From a virus (taxonomy: Duplodnaviria > Caudoviricetes), in the IMG/VR virus record IMGVR_UViG_3300036797_000049, positions 1 through 40,263 of that record: 40,263 nucleotides of DNA; one strand, given 5' to 3'. Positions within the stretch are counted from its first letter, which is position 1. Every line of letters starts with the position of its first letter. The translations under genes were made by a program, and so were the position numbers. Positions 16,279-26,639 of this stretch are shown one piece after another. The notes beneath the pieces were generated by a model. It saw nothing but the letters and a program-made list of their open reading frames with translations. It was not told the origin of the DNA and did not search any database.

Positions 16279-17006
16279 ATCTGGAGGCCCATTTTTACCC
16301 TTCGATTGATCTGCAACTGCTCACGGTAAAACTCGCCTGCAGGCCCTAACGCTGGCCCGAATGCCTTCTCCGCTTCCTCTTCCGTGATGACATCCGAGAC
16401 GATCAGACAAAGCAGCACCGTCCGCCATCCGCGAAAGCGTTCCTCTTTCGGCACGTCGTACTCGTTGAATCGCATGATGGAATACTCGGGTCCGTAGGGA
16501 TATTGAAGCGATGTGACTGTCATCGGTTCGCCGAGTACTCGAGCGTTGACGCCGATCCTGCCGAGTGCCGACCATGGATTGAGCCAGAGGCGCGCATTCT
16601 TGTGCTCCTCGACTCGCGCGTCGACGCCTGCCTGTCGCAGCTTCAACAGAAACTTATACGGGTGCATGATGTTGACGAGCCGCATCTCTTCGGCTTCTTT
16701 TCCCTTCCATCGCCGCTGCCCTGGCCAACGCTGGCGGCGGGTGGCCTCGTGGTTATAGCTCAGCTCGTATTGATAGAGCGCCATTTCGATGTTCTGATTC
16801 GATGACTTCACATACCGGCGTTTCATCTCGCCGAGTATGGCCGCGATCTTCGGGTCGCGCGTCAGCGGGTTGTCCAGCTCGCGATCGTAGTCGTCGGCCA
16901 TCTGCGCGGCGATCGCCGCCTTTAGCTGCTCCGGTGACATCAAACGCGGATCGCTTCCGAAAAAGAAGCTCCTCGACTCTTCGGGACTATGGGCCTGGGG
17001 AATCAC
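16275..17006 (-). CDS. Hypothetical protein
   Basis: 243-aa coupled ORF with a GGAG RBS. Confidence 0.8.
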   Translation of the reverse strand: MIPQAHSPEESRSFFFGSDPRLMSPEQLKAAIAAQMADDYDRELDNPLTRDPKIAAILGEMKRRYVKSSNQNIEMALYQYELSYNHEATRRQRWPGQRRWKGKEAEEMRLVNIMHPYKFLLKLRQAGVDARVEEHKNARLWLNPWSALGRIGVNARVLGEPMTVTSLQYPYGPEYSIMRFNEYDVPKEERFRGWRTVLLCLIVSDVITEEEAEKAFGPALGPAGEFYREQLQINRRVKMGLQI

Positions 17007-19264
17007 TTGCTGTTCTCCTGCGTGGGTTGTGATGGCTCGCTGTTGAGTGCTCCCGCGATCAGCGGGGCGAATATCTTCGGATTGACCTGATGACGCACGG
17101 CATAGTCGACCATGGTCCCGACGCGCGGATTGATCGCCGCCTGACGTAGCACGAAGCGGCCGCCGTCCTCGAGGGCTGCGCCGGCGAGCGCTCCGGCTCC
17201 GGTACGACGGATGAGACTGCCGACCGCGCCGCCGATGAGCGCTCCCTTACCGACTCGGCGCGTCAGCTCGCGCGCGATCTCCTTCGCGGCATTCTGCGTC
17301 TTGCTTACCGTCTCGGGCTTCGAGAGGAGGTCAGACACGCGATAAAGATTCTCGAGGCCGTCTTTGCCGATCACGCGCTCGATATTGGCGCGCGCGGTCG
17401 GGGTCTTCGTCACCAGCTTGTTGAGTCGGGCCTGCAGGGTGTCGCCGCGAATGATCCTCTTGGTCCCGAGGGAGTCGGCTATGTCCTGCGGCGCGCCCTT
17501 AATTGAGCCCTCGATCGCGCGGTGCAGGTTGTCGAGGACCTGGGCGTCGCGCCAAGCTGCATTTGCGCTCTGCAGCTCTGTCCGGCTGACCGAGGTTCCA
17601 TGACGGGTAAATAGATCCTGAATACCCTTGTCGGCCGCGGCCTTGCTCTCGAGCGCCTTGTCGTAGGCATCTATGCTCCCAGGCTGAAACATGACCTTCG
17701 ACGCGGCCTTGGCCTGATTGCGTAACGCTGTGAACTGCCCGCCCGATACCTCATCGAGCTTTTGATAAACCGGCTTCGCGGTCGCCTCGAGCTGGTCGGC
17801 CGCTTCGCCAAAGCTCGACACATGACCGGCGAGGGCTGCGGAGTCGACCGGCTCAAAGTGCGGTGTCGATCGCGCTGTCGCGTGATACATATCGAGCTGC
17901 TGCGTGAGCGACTTGTGCAGTCCTCGGATGTGCGCCTGCTGCTCGGCCGACATCTCCTTGAACTGCGCGCTATCCATCACGCCGTCAAGCTGGCTGAGTG
18001 TCCGCTGAACGAGGCCTGAATCGCTCGTGACGAGGCGGCCGCCTCCACCGACGACATCCTGCGCGCCTGCGGCCTCTCCTGGCTTCGCGCTGGAGAGATA
18101 CTGCCAAACGGGCTCACGGTGCGAACCTCTAACCGGCGCAGCATCCTCGGTGGGCGTCGCCGCGGCCGCGCCATCCTCGACCGGCCGGAAGCTGCTTGCG
18201 TCGTAATTGTTGCCGCCCGGTCCCTTGCCTTCGACGACGCGCGTCCCGATCTGCTTCTTTCTCGCGCTCGAGAGCAACGGGCCTTCCGTGCTCTCCTCGA
18301 CGGGTGGCCCGTCGATCGTGAACTGGAACCCCTTCGAGCCCTCGGGGGCCTCGAGCAATCGCGCGGGGTCCGTGACAGGCTGAACGGCTTGCCGTACCTG
18401 ATTCACGCGATCGAGCGCGTCTCGGGTGGCGCGCTGCGCGACGTTGGTAATCGCGCGCCTGCCTCCCTGCTGCTGCGCCTCGGCAATGGCCTCGGTTCCC
18501 TTCCCGCCCATGGATGCGGCCTTGGCCGCGATCGGCGCGGCTCCTGGCTTCTGTGAGGCGAGAACGGGAATCGTCTCGCCGGCGATCTCTGTCGTGCCTG
18601 GGCGGATCTTGTCGATCAGGCTCTTGGCTCCGCGAGTGATCGACGGCAGTACAGACTCCGCGAGGCCTGCGGTTGCGGCCGTTACCGCTCCCGAGGTCAT
18701 GGCGTCGCCGGCGCTGTCGCCGTGCTCGGCCGACTGCGCCGTCGCGACCGTTCCCTGCCGGATCGCATTGCCAAGGATCTCGACCAATCGCGGCGATGCC
18801 TTCTCGAGCTTCGTCAGCACCGGGACGATCTTCGAGAGCTTGTCTGCCGTACTCAATCCCTTCAGCGCCGCGTCACCTGCCATAAATTCGGCGAGCGATT
18901 CGATGCCTGCGCCGATGCTCTGCGCCATGTTCGCGTTCGGCTTCGCGCCTTCGGTCTGGTCGTGCTTGATCTGGTCCTGGTCGATCAGGTCGCCAAGCAC
19001 CGGCACCTTGCTAAGCAGCTTCTCAGGCAAAACCATCGACCTGTCGACGGCGCGCCCAAAGCCGGTGTTGAGGTCCGAAAGGAAGCTGTGATCGTCGGTC
19101 GTCGGGTCCGGTGGCGGCGTAGTCGTCGACGAGCTGGTCGGCGGCGCAGGCGCGCCAGTGCTCGCGGCCTGCCCGCCGTATTGCGCGTAGGGGTCGGGCG
19201 AGGACGTGGCCGACGATCGGCCTCCATACTGTGCGTAGGGATCGGTCTGTGCGGGGCTTGCCAT
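17003..19264 (-). CDS. Probable DNA ejection / internal virion protein
   Basis: Duplicated N-terminal DPYAQYGG; Ala-rich and helical; third of three genes in the podovirus ejectosome position. Confidence 0.7.
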   Translation of the reverse strand: MASPAQTDPYAQYGGRSSATSSPDPYAQYGGQAASTGAPAPPTSSSTTTPPPDPTTDDHSFLSDLNTGFGRAVDRSMVLPEKLLSKVPVLGDLIDQDQIKHDQTEGAKPNANMAQSIGAGIESLAEFMAGDAALKGLSTADKLSKIVPVLTKLEKASPRLVEILGNAIRQGTVATAQSAEHGDSAGDAMTSGAVTAATAGLAESVLPSITRGAKSLIDKIRPGTTEIAGETIPVLASQKPGAAPIAAKAASMGGKGTEAIAEAQQQGGRRAITNVAQRATRDALDRVNQVRQAVQPVTDPARLLEAPEGSKGFQFTIDGPPVEESTEGPLLSSARKKQIGTRVVEGKGPGGNNYDASSFRPVEDGAAAATPTEDAAPVRGSHREPVWQYLSSAKPGEAAGAQDVVGGGGRLVTSDSGLVQRTLSQLDGVMDSAQFKEMSAEQQAHIRGLHKSLTQQLDMYHATARSTPHFEPVDSAALAGHVSSFGEAADQLEATAKPVYQKLDEVSGGQFTALRNQAKAASKVMFQPGSIDAYDKALESKAAADKGIQDLFTRHGTSVSRTELQSANAAWRDAQVLDNLHRAIEGSIKGAPQDIADSLGTKRIIRGDTLQARLNKLVTKTPTARANIERVIGKDGLENLYRVSDLLSKPETVSKTQNAAKEIARELTRRVGKGALIGGAVGSLIRRTGAGALAGAALEDGGRFVLRQAAINPRVGTMVDYAVRHQVNPKIFAPLIAGALNSEPSQPTQENSK

Positions 19265-21157
19265 TTATAGGACCTGTGCCGTGGGGTTGTCTTTCATGAA
19301 TTGGGCTTTGCTGGAGGCGGGGATCTGGCCCGGTGGATGGCCGGGAATCTGAACGTTGATCATCTGCTGCTGTGGCGAGAGCTGCGTGCCGTAACGCTGC
19401 TGGATATAGCGGTTACGCTTCGCCATATCCTGACGCGAACGGTTGAGCACGTCGGAAACGGTGTCGACCTGCCCTTGAAGATTTTCGAGGGTGGGGTTAG
19501 CGCCGAATGCTTCCTTGGCCGTCCTTAGCTTCTGATCGGATTCGCCACTGCCTAAAAGCGGGTTTCCAATGAGCGTTCCGAGATTGCTCTGCGTCTCAGT
19601 CAGAAGCGTGTCAAAGTTCTTCGCGGCCGTGTTTCCGAATCGAGTCTTGATGAATTGCTTCGCCTCATTCCACGGTGCGCTGTTGCCTAGGCCTGCTTTC
19701 TTCGCGAGGCCGAGAAGCTGCTGCAACTGTCCAGTGGTCGAACCGTCTCCGACCATACGATCGACGCCCTCGAGATAGGCCTGCGTCTTCGGCGCGCTGG
19801 CAAATTTGTCTTCCTGCTCGATGATCGTCGGGCTGAAGGGCAACCCGTACTTCTGCATTGAAACCCGATTTGCATCGGCCATCTGGTCCTGCACTGTCGG
19901 CTGACCTTTTCCAGTCCGCTTCGGTAGCTGGCTGACCTTATAACGTCCGCTGGCGAGGCCTTCGGCCGTGTCCTCTCTCGTCGTGCTATTCTGCGCGGAA
20001 TTGAGCGCCGAAGTGGTCGCGTCGGCCTGACCTGCTTCCGCGTTGGCCTTGTTCGCCTCGGCGTTGTTCTTGTTGATGGTGCTCGCGTCGACCCTGTCCT
20101 GATGGAGTTGCTTATGGTTTTCCATCTGCCATTTCAGGATGTCGTTTCCAGCTGCGGTCTGTCGATTGATAAAGTCGCCGTTGCTGATCGTTCCGGCCTT
20201 TACGGTCTGGGATTCGATCGTGGGCTGATCTCCTGGCTGCGTCGGCGGCTTCAGCGCGTAAAACTTTTGATCGGTGTCAATCTTCGCGTCTTTCCACTGC
20301 GGCGTTACCAGCGCGTAGCGCGTACCGTCGAAAACTCCATCGGCATTGATATGCGGAACCTGCACGATGTTTCCCTGTGCATTCTCTTTGATAAGGTTGG
20401 GCATCTCCTGGTGCATCTTCAGAATGTCGCTGAAGCTCTGCGCGACGCCCAGGTCCTGGCTCCCGTTGCCTCCGCCCTGAATCAGCTTGACAAAACTATT
20501 TTCGCGATCCGTGTCCTGCGCCTTCGCTTCGACCTGCGCGCGCGAGAGTTGGAATGCAGCGAGTGAGCCCTGATAGGTCAAGGCCTGCGTCTGCGCCTTG
20601 CGTACGAGCGCCTTCTGCTCCACGTCATAATTTTGATCGGCCTGCTGGCGCGCCTGCTGGTCTCGCTGCTGCGCTCCCTGCACTCCTGCCTGAATGCCCG
20701 CGCCTGCCGCGCGCTCGAGTCCGCCAGGGCCCGGGCCGACTCCGAGGCCCGCGGCGGTTCCCTCCACAGCGCCAGAGATGATGCGCTTCCACTGTGTTCC
20801 CGGTCCGGAGGCCGCTTGCGAGACGATCATCTTGCCGGTCTGGGGATCTCGCGAATAGCTCACGTCATTTGTTCCGCCGAGAGCGCTGAGGATGCCGTGA
20901 TAGACGCGCGAGGCGAAGTTCTGCGGCGGGGCCTTATAGTCGCCGGCCGCGGCGGTGGGTGCCTGCGTCTGGTCGGGGGCCTGCGTCTGGTCGATCTGCT
21001 GCATCGACTGCGGCGAGGCCTGCGTCTCGATCGGGGCCGGGGCTGGCGTCGATACGTCGACCGATGACCCTGGGGCCGAGGGCGGCGGTTGCGGAGCTGC
21101 GGGCGGTTGCGGCGGCGTGGGCGGGGTTGCGGGGGTGCTGGCTGCTGTCTCGTCCAT
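19265..21157 (-). CDS. Probable DNA ejection / internal virion protein
   Basis: Pro-rich N-terminus, Gly/Ala amphipathic segment, Gln-rich helices; synteny. Confidence 0.7.
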   Translation of the reverse strand: MDETAASTPATPPTPPQPPAAPQPPPSAPGSSVDVSTPAPAPIETQASPQSMQQIDQTQAPDQTQAPTAAAGDYKAPPQNFASRVYHGILSALGGTNDVSYSRDPQTGKMIVSQAASGPGTQWKRIISGAVEGTAAGLGVGPGPGGLERAAGAGIQAGVQGAQQRDQQARQQADQNYDVEQKALVRKAQTQALTYQGSLAAFQLSRAQVEAKAQDTDRENSFVKLIQGGGNGSQDLGVAQSFSDILKMHQEMPNLIKENAQGNIVQVPHINADGVFDGTRYALVTPQWKDAKIDTDQKFYALKPPTQPGDQPTIESQTVKAGTISNGDFINRQTAAGNDILKWQMENHKQLHQDRVDASTINKNNAEANKANAEAGQADATTSALNSAQNSTTREDTAEGLASGRYKVSQLPKRTGKGQPTVQDQMADANRVSMQKYGLPFSPTIIEQEDKFASAPKTQAYLEGVDRMVGDGSTTGQLQQLLGLAKKAGLGNSAPWNEAKQFIKTRFGNTAAKNFDTLLTETQSNLGTLIGNPLLGSGESDQKLRTAKEAFGANPTLENLQGQVDTVSDVLNRSRQDMAKRNRYIQQRYGTQLSPQQQMINVQIPGHPPGQIPASSKAQFMKDNPTAQVL

Positions 21158-22005
21158 TACTTGGCCTGTGCCTTCCTAAGTGCGAGGTTGAAGATCGGCG
21201 TAAAGATCCGGCGCAGCGAAACATGCTTGCGGATGCCTGCGGCGATACGCTCGCCGAATCTCATATAAAGCTTGAGGACGACCGCGCCGATCGCCGACCG
21301 AGAGAAGTCGCCGACCAACCACTCGCGCACAAGGACGGTGCGGGGCTCGTACCATCCGCCGAAGATCTCGGCGGCGATCCAGCACGGCGCGGCCGGTACT
21401 GGCTTCAGATACGTCGCGGCCGCTCCTGCGACTCCACCGAGCGCGCCCATGACGGCAGTAAACGGCGACATCGCCGAGGCCGAGATCGCATTCGCCTCGC
21501 TCGCCTGTCCGCTGTTGGCCGTGTTGACCTCGCCGGCGTAGCTCGTCGGGTTTAGCTGCTGCGCGACTCCAAGAGCGCCATTGACTGCGTTGTTGTAGTT
21601 GGTATTTCCCTGGGTATAGTCAGACGTGAGGATCTGATTCCGCAGGGTCGCGTCGGTTGTGGCTCCGGTCGCCGCTAACTGCTCGTCCTGCTGCTGGCTC
21701 ACTCCGGACGGAATGAAGGTATCGCCGCCACCCTGCGCCGCCTGACCTTCGCCGAGCGCCTTCGACGCATTGGTCATATTCGCCGCGACGTTCTCGGTCG
21801 CGGACGTCTCGAGCGTGTTCAACTGGTCGGCTGAATAGCCGGTCTGACTTGGCCCGTTGGCGATGATCTGCTGGAAGCCATTATTAAGGTTAGTCAAAAT
21901 ACTTTGCTGTTCGCCAAATACGGCAGTGTTTTCGTTCATCATTTGCTGCGAAAATTCTTGCTGCTGTTGGTACGTTGCATCCTGTTGGCTGGTATCTCCG
22001 CACAT
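21157..22005 (-). CDS. Probable small ejection (pilot) protein with a C-terminal CWIA domain
   Basis: MCG start, Q/N-rich body, MGALGGVAGAAA segment, then CWIAAEIFG...LYMRFGE domain. Confidence 0.7.
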   Translation of the reverse strand: MCGDTSQQDATYQQQQEFSQQMMNENTAVFGEQQSILTNLNNGFQQIIANGPSQTGYSADQLNTLETSATENVAANMTNASKALGEGQAAQGGGDTFIPSGVSQQQDEQLAATGATTDATLRNQILTSDYTQGNTNYNNAVNGALGVAQQLNPTSYAGEVNTANSGQASEANAISASAMSPFTAVMGALGGVAGAAATYLKPVPAAPCWIAAEIFGGWYEPRTVLVREWLVGDFSRSAIGAVVLKLYMRFGERIAAGIRKHVSLRRIFTPIFNLALRKAQAK

Positions 22006-22038
22006 AGGCGTCTCGACCCTTTCCTAAATAATGTGTTG

Positions 22039-22536
22039 CTACCGCTGCGCCTGTTTTTCTTCGGACGTTTGGGAGTGTAGAGCGGCTACCCTGTGGGAAA
22101 GCTCATTCGGAGCCTTGCGGAAGGCAAGACGCCTTTCTGCGTATCTGGTCAACGGCCGGTTGGTCGAGTTGAAATTGATCTCCCAGATTCCCGATCCGGC
22201 TGCGGCAATGCGAAGCCATTCGAACCCGCCATCCAAGGCGTCGGCGTTTCGCTGCTTCTCGGCGATCGTGCCGGCCGGTCCGAACTGGATATCGAGGCGC
22301 AGCGTGCGCGTCATCTTGATATAGAAGACGACGTGGCCATTGAGGTCTTCGACCGCGAAACACTCCTGGCCCTTGATGTCCCGCTTTCGCTCTCCCTTCC
22401 CTGGCTGCTTGCCGAGAAAGAAGTCGGGGGTGACGCGGCCGCGATGGTCGGGGTCTCCCTCGATCCACTGCGCGATCAGCTCGCGGTCCTTCTCTGTCGC
22501 CGGTCGCAATATGTGCTTGCCGATTCCTACGTTCAT
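22039..22536 (-). CDS. GNAT-fold-like virion assembly protein
   Basis: LRPATEKD.ELI..W start; position between nozzle and ejection genes matches T7 gp13 / P22 gp14. Confidence 0.6.
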   Translation of the reverse strand: MNVGIGKHILRPATEKDRELIAQWIEGDPDHRGRVTPDFFLGKQPGKGERKRDIKGQECFAVEDLNGHVVFYIKMTRTLRLDIQFGPAGTIAEKQRNADALDGGFEWLRIAAAGSGIWEINFNSTNRPLTRYAERRLAFRKAPNELSHRVAALHSQTSEEKQAQR

Positions 22537-22769
22537 TTGCCACCAGTCGGGGAGAGGATGCGCGTCTGCGGTACGCCCGAGCCGTAAAACTGCCGAGTGA
22601 GCGAGTCATAGGTCGACGCGCTCGTCGGCATCGCCGCGTGCATGAAGGGCGATCGCTGCGTCGACGGATCGGGAAGGATCGAGGTCGGGCCGCTCGAGGG
22701 CGCGGCCGCGGGCGTCGCCGGCGCGAGCCTGCTGCGGTCGACATTGGTTGAGGCGCTAAGGCTAGGCAT
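22533..22769 (-). CDS. Small hypothetical protein
   Basis: GGAGG RBS; fills the gap between coupled genes. Confidence 0.6.
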   Translation of the reverse strand: MPSLSASTNVDRSRLAPATPAAAPSSGPTSILPDPSTQRSPFMHAAMPTSASTYDSLTRQFYGSGVPQTRILSPTGGK

Positions 22770-25700
22770 CTATCTCGCCTCCGTTTCGTTGTGAAGTGCG
22801 CCGAAGATCGTGTATGTGAGGAGTTCGTTTGGGATGTCTTCGGCGGTCCAATCGAAGCGGATCTGCAGGTGTCGGCACCATACGGTCTTTTGGTTCTGCA
22901 TGATGTCGAAGCGGTCGTTATAAAGCGTTTCGGCCGGGGGAAGCAGCGGCGGATCTTGCCGGGTGCGATAGAGCTGATCGAACAGCTCAGGATGATCGGG
23001 GCCGTTGATCTCGCCAAGCATCACAGCGATAGTCGGGTTCGTGCCGACCTTGGCCGACTCGAGCGTCATAAAGGCCAGCTCTGCGACCTGTCCCGGTTGC
23101 GCGAGGACGATGGAGCCGATCATCGACCACATCGGATACAGCGCGCCGTTATCATTCGTCACGGTGAGATCGCGCTGCAGGATGGGGCCGTTATATGAAG
23201 GGCCTGCGAGGAGACGCTTCTGCCCTGGCGAAACCTCGACCGAGGCCAGCGCCTTATAACCGATGCCTAGCGTTCCCTTTGGGCTCCACACAAGGCCCTG
23301 TTCTGGGGCCGATAGCGAACTCATTCGATACCAGCTCGAGGCCGCGTCTCCCACAAAAAGGGCCGTGTCAAAGGTTCCGCCTTCATGCCATGCGAGCCGC
23401 GCGGTTGCGGGGTTGCACTGCGCGAGGATCTGGTCGGCGATCGGGAAACCTGGCTCTATGATTCCCGAGCTGGGGTCAAGCGCGAGGACCGAGCCCGTCG
23501 AGTTCATCAGATAGGGCGTCGTTTTGTTGAAGGTGAAGGCGTCGTAATTCAGCAGGCCGACGCCGGGGATATACATATCGGGAAAGAGCGGGCTGGCGCT
23601 GGTCCCTGATCCGTAGACGATGTAAATGTCGGACACGGTAAAGACGATCAGGCCGAGGGTGCAGGGCCACGCATAAATCACCTTTGCGGGAAACGTGAAG
23701 AAGTTGCTTGGACTGAAGGACTGGTTGGGGTCTCCGGTCTGATTCGTTGGGTTGCTCCAGCTCAGCACATTACCCACTGCGCCCCAGATGCGGCCGAGAT
23801 GATAGGCCAACGGCTTGAAGCCGATCGGCGGCGGGTTGTTCGAGCTTGCGATCGCGGCCGGTAGGAGGTCATTGAGCGCGCTGTCGGGGAGCTGGTCGGT
23901 ATAGTTCCACATCTGGCCCTGCGGCGGCGCGGGGATCTCATCCATGTAAAGCAGCGTTGCGCCGCCCTGGGCGTATCGATAGATAACGACGATGTCGGCC
24001 TGAGTGTCGGGGCTTCCTGGTGCCTGCAGGAACGCATAGTTATTTGCGGCCATGATGATCGGCGCGCTGAGAGACGACGCGGTGCTCGTGTGGTTGGTCG
24101 CCGTCGTCTTGTACGCATAGGCCCACTGTGACGGTTGAGTACGCGCGGCCGTCGTGATTCCTGTGTTGATCCAGCTCGCTTGATAGTCGAGCGTAGTCGC
24201 GCCTTGAAGCGTCTGCCACGTCGGAGCGGTCGCGCTCGAAACTCCGCTGACGACGATCTGCTGCACGTTGCTGTTTCCGTCGACGACCTTTTGCGAACCG
24301 ACGACGGTCGTGGTATTGGGGACAACTGCGACGGCAAGCACATTGCCGTCGCCCGTCCATGAGTTACCGGAGTTGTCGCGGTAGATATAGCTTCCGGTCA
24401 GGCCGGCGACGGTGCAGCTATAGCCGTGTCCGTGGTTGCCTCCTGCTGACGTCCATCCCGACATCGCAGTTGTAGCGAATACAGTTGCATTTTCAAAACC
24501 GGAAGGAAGACCAAAGCTCGCTCCGTCGCTGATCGTCGCCTGAATCAGAGAAATGCTCTGCCCGTTGATCGTTGGGATAACGAGCGCGATTCCACTCGTC
24601 ACGGCTTCGACCGTAATTCCGCCGCCAGGGGAGAAGTAGACGACCATGACATTAGCGCTGCCCGTCCATGTATTTCCATCATTGTCGGTGTAAAGCGTCG
24701 TGAGCTTGAGCGATGCATCGAGAGTGCAGGTCTGTATCCCCTGCATGATGTTTGCCGCGCTGTCGGTGCTGCTCATTCCGCAAAGATTGATCTGATTCGC
24801 GGCGGAAAATCCGGCCGGCGCTGTCGGGACAGTCTGCCCGTTGGCGAGAGTCCCGACGCAAATACAAATCTGGTCGCCGTTTTCGGTCGTGAAACTCGCG
24901 TACTGAAATCCTGCGCTCGCGGTGATGGTGACGGCGGCTCCATCCGTCCACGTCATCGCCGCCCAATTGGTCGACGTCGGGAAAGCTGCCGCGCCGCCGA
25001 ATTGAGCCGTAAAAAAGCTATTCGCGATGCCTCCGATTACGTTCGAGTTGTATACGCCAGAGACGACAAGGTCGCTCCCGCTGAATCCTGCGCCGATCGA
25101 GGCCCATCCAAGCATCCGCGTCGCCGCGTATCCGGTGGGGAGAGCGATCGCCGTTCCACTCGCGAGGCCCTGCCCGGTGCCGATCGCGACGAATCCGCCA
25201 CCCTGAACGGGAATCGTGCCAAAGGTTCCGATGATGCTCGAGGAAGTTACGCTCGACCACTTGGCGGCGATCCCGACCATTTCCCAGGTCACGCCTCCGT
25301 CTCTTACCTGAGCATTGAGCGGGGTAGGAAAGACGGGCGGCGCGGCCGCGGTCGCTCCATCGGTGAGCGCCTTATAAAAGCAAAGCACTCCCGCCGCGTT
25401 GGTCGCCAGGACAAAGGAACCGGATGCGTACGCGGTAGAGCTGGCGTAGGCTCCTGAACCTTGACAAGTCCAAACGACCGATCCGTCTGCGGTGGTACTT
25501 CCTGCGACATCGACGAAATCTGGCTGAGATGATCCGGTAATCCCAAAGGTAGTAGCCAGATGAATAAAATTCGCATCGTCATAAATGAGATAGCAGGTCG
25601 AATAGTAGGTGCGCGGGCTCCATGCCGGGTAAGTCGTCGGTAGTGCGGCCTGGGCCACGGTTGGCGCTACGGTCGGCGGTGCAATGCCCCAGTTCTGTAC

Positions 25701-26639
25701 CGACGAGCCCTTGCATATCCACTGCACGCCGCCGTCATAGGTATAAGCGCCGATCGAGGTCGACCAGCTCGGGGCCGCGCCTCCGCTGATACCGCTTCCA
25801 CTGTTCGCGGCTCCACTGTCTACAACCGGACCATAATCCGCATGAGCAAAAGCGGCCGTGAGAATGTTGCTCTTGTAGGCCGGCACACCCTGGGGAACGG
25901 TCGCGATCGTGATCGTCTGCCCGTTAAGAAATGTCGCGTTGACGACTCCCGAGAGGGTGAGCTGCAGGCCAACCAGAGACATCAAGTTGGTTGGCAGGTT
26001 CGGATCGTTCGGGTCGAGCGTCAAGGTAAGCACATTGCCGGCGACGGCGACGGATGCGATTCCGACGACGATCCCGCCCTCTGCTACCTGCAAATTGTTG
26101 TTGCTGTCGACGATGAACTGCCCGACGTTGAAGTTGGTATTAGCCGCCCACTGCGGCTCCTTCTGCGCCCACTTCTTTTGATCGACGCCATTGCCGAAGA
26201 AGAGATTATTTCCAACTGACTGGAAAGTCGTATCTCCAGCGCCGGGGCTCTTGTCCCAGATGTTGAGCTTGCGATCTGGGCCGGTCGCATCGTAGACCGA
26301 GGCCACACTATCGGCCATAACGCGGATTGTTTCGGTCGCGGTCGAAAACTCGCGGAAACTGTAAAAGCGATTGATCGCGGGGAAGCTCTGCGAGTTGTAG
26401 ACGCTGAAGCCTGGGCGTCGGCCGAGCGTCATCTTCGTGCTCAGCTCGAGGTTCAGGCCTCCGATCAGAGAGTCGAAGCGACTCGCCGAATAAAACTGCT
26501 CATACATCAGCGGAATCGACGCAGATCCGCCGAGTTGGTTGCGATTCGTCCAGAGGCCCGTAACGAAACGATTCGTATGCAGTGGAGCGAACTGCGATTG
26601 TCCTGTGACTCCTCCAGCTTGTGTGATCGGTGAGGCCAT
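22770..26639 (-). CDS. Tail nozzle / stabilization-type protein with inserted binding modules
   Basis: N-terminal RRPG motif and C-terminal beta-propeller-like region typical of P22 gp10 / T7 gp12-type proteins; internal W..DG.V.W repeats. Start reassigned to 26639. Confidence 0.72.
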   Translation of the reverse strand: MASPITQAGGVTGQSQFAPLHTNRFVTGLWTNRNQLGGSASIPLMYEQFYSASRFDSLIGGLNLELSTKMTLGRRPGFSVYNSQSFPAINRFYSFREFSTATETIRVMADSVASVYDATGPDRKLNIWDKSPGAGDTTFQSVGNNLFFGNGVDQKKWAQKEPQWAANTNFNVGQFIVDSNNNLQVAEGGIVVGIASVAVAGNVLTLTLDPNDPNLPTNLMSLVGLQLTLSGVVNATFLNGQTITIATVPQGVPAYKSNILTAAFAHADYGPVVDSGAANSGSGISGGAAPSWSTSIGAYTYDGGVQWICKGSSVQNWGIAPPTVAPTVAQAALPTTYPAWSPRTYYSTCYLIYDDANFIHLATTFGITGSSQPDFVDVAGSTTADGSVVWTCQGSGAYASSTAYASGSFVLATNAAGVLCFYKALTDGATAAAPPVFPTPLNAQVRDGGVTWEMVGIAAKWSSVTSSSIIGTFGTIPVQGGGFVAIGTGQGLASGTAIALPTGYAATRMLGWASIGAGFSGSDLVVSGVYNSNVIGGIANSFFTAQFGGAAAFPTSTNWAAMTWTDGAAVTITASAGFQYASFTTENGDQICICVGTLANGQTVPTAPAGFSAANQINLCGMSSTDSAANIMQGIQTCTLDASLKLTTLYTDNDGNTWTGSANVMVVYFSPGGGITVEAVTSGIALVIPTINGQSISLIQATISDGASFGLPSGFENATVFATTAMSGWTSAGGNHGHGYSCTVAGLTGSYIYRDNSGNSWTGDGNVLAVAVVPNTTTVVGSQKVVDGNSNVQQIVVSGVSSATAPTWQTLQGATTLDYQASWINTGITTAARTQPSQWAYAYKTTATNHTSTASSLSAPIIMAANNYAFLQAPGSPDTQADIVVIYRYAQGGATLLYMDEIPAPPQGQMWNYTDQLPDSALNDLLPAAIASSNNPPPIGFKPLAYHLGRIWGAVGNVLSWSNPTNQTGDPNQSFSPSNFFTFPAKVIYAWPCTLGLIVFTVSDIYIVYGSGTSASPLFPDMYIPGVGLLNYDAFTFNKTTPYLMNSTGSVLALDPSSGIIEPGFPIADQILAQCNPATARLAWHEGGTFDTALFVGDAASSWYRMSSLSAPEQGLVWSPKGTLGIGYKALASVEVSPGQKRLLAGPSYNGPILQRDLTVTNDNGALYPMWSMIGSIVLAQPGQVAELAFMTLESAKVGTNPTIAVMLGEINGPDHPELFDQLYRTRQDPPLLPPAETLYNDRFDIMQNQKTVWCRHLQIRFDWTAEDIPNELLTYTIFGALHNETEAR

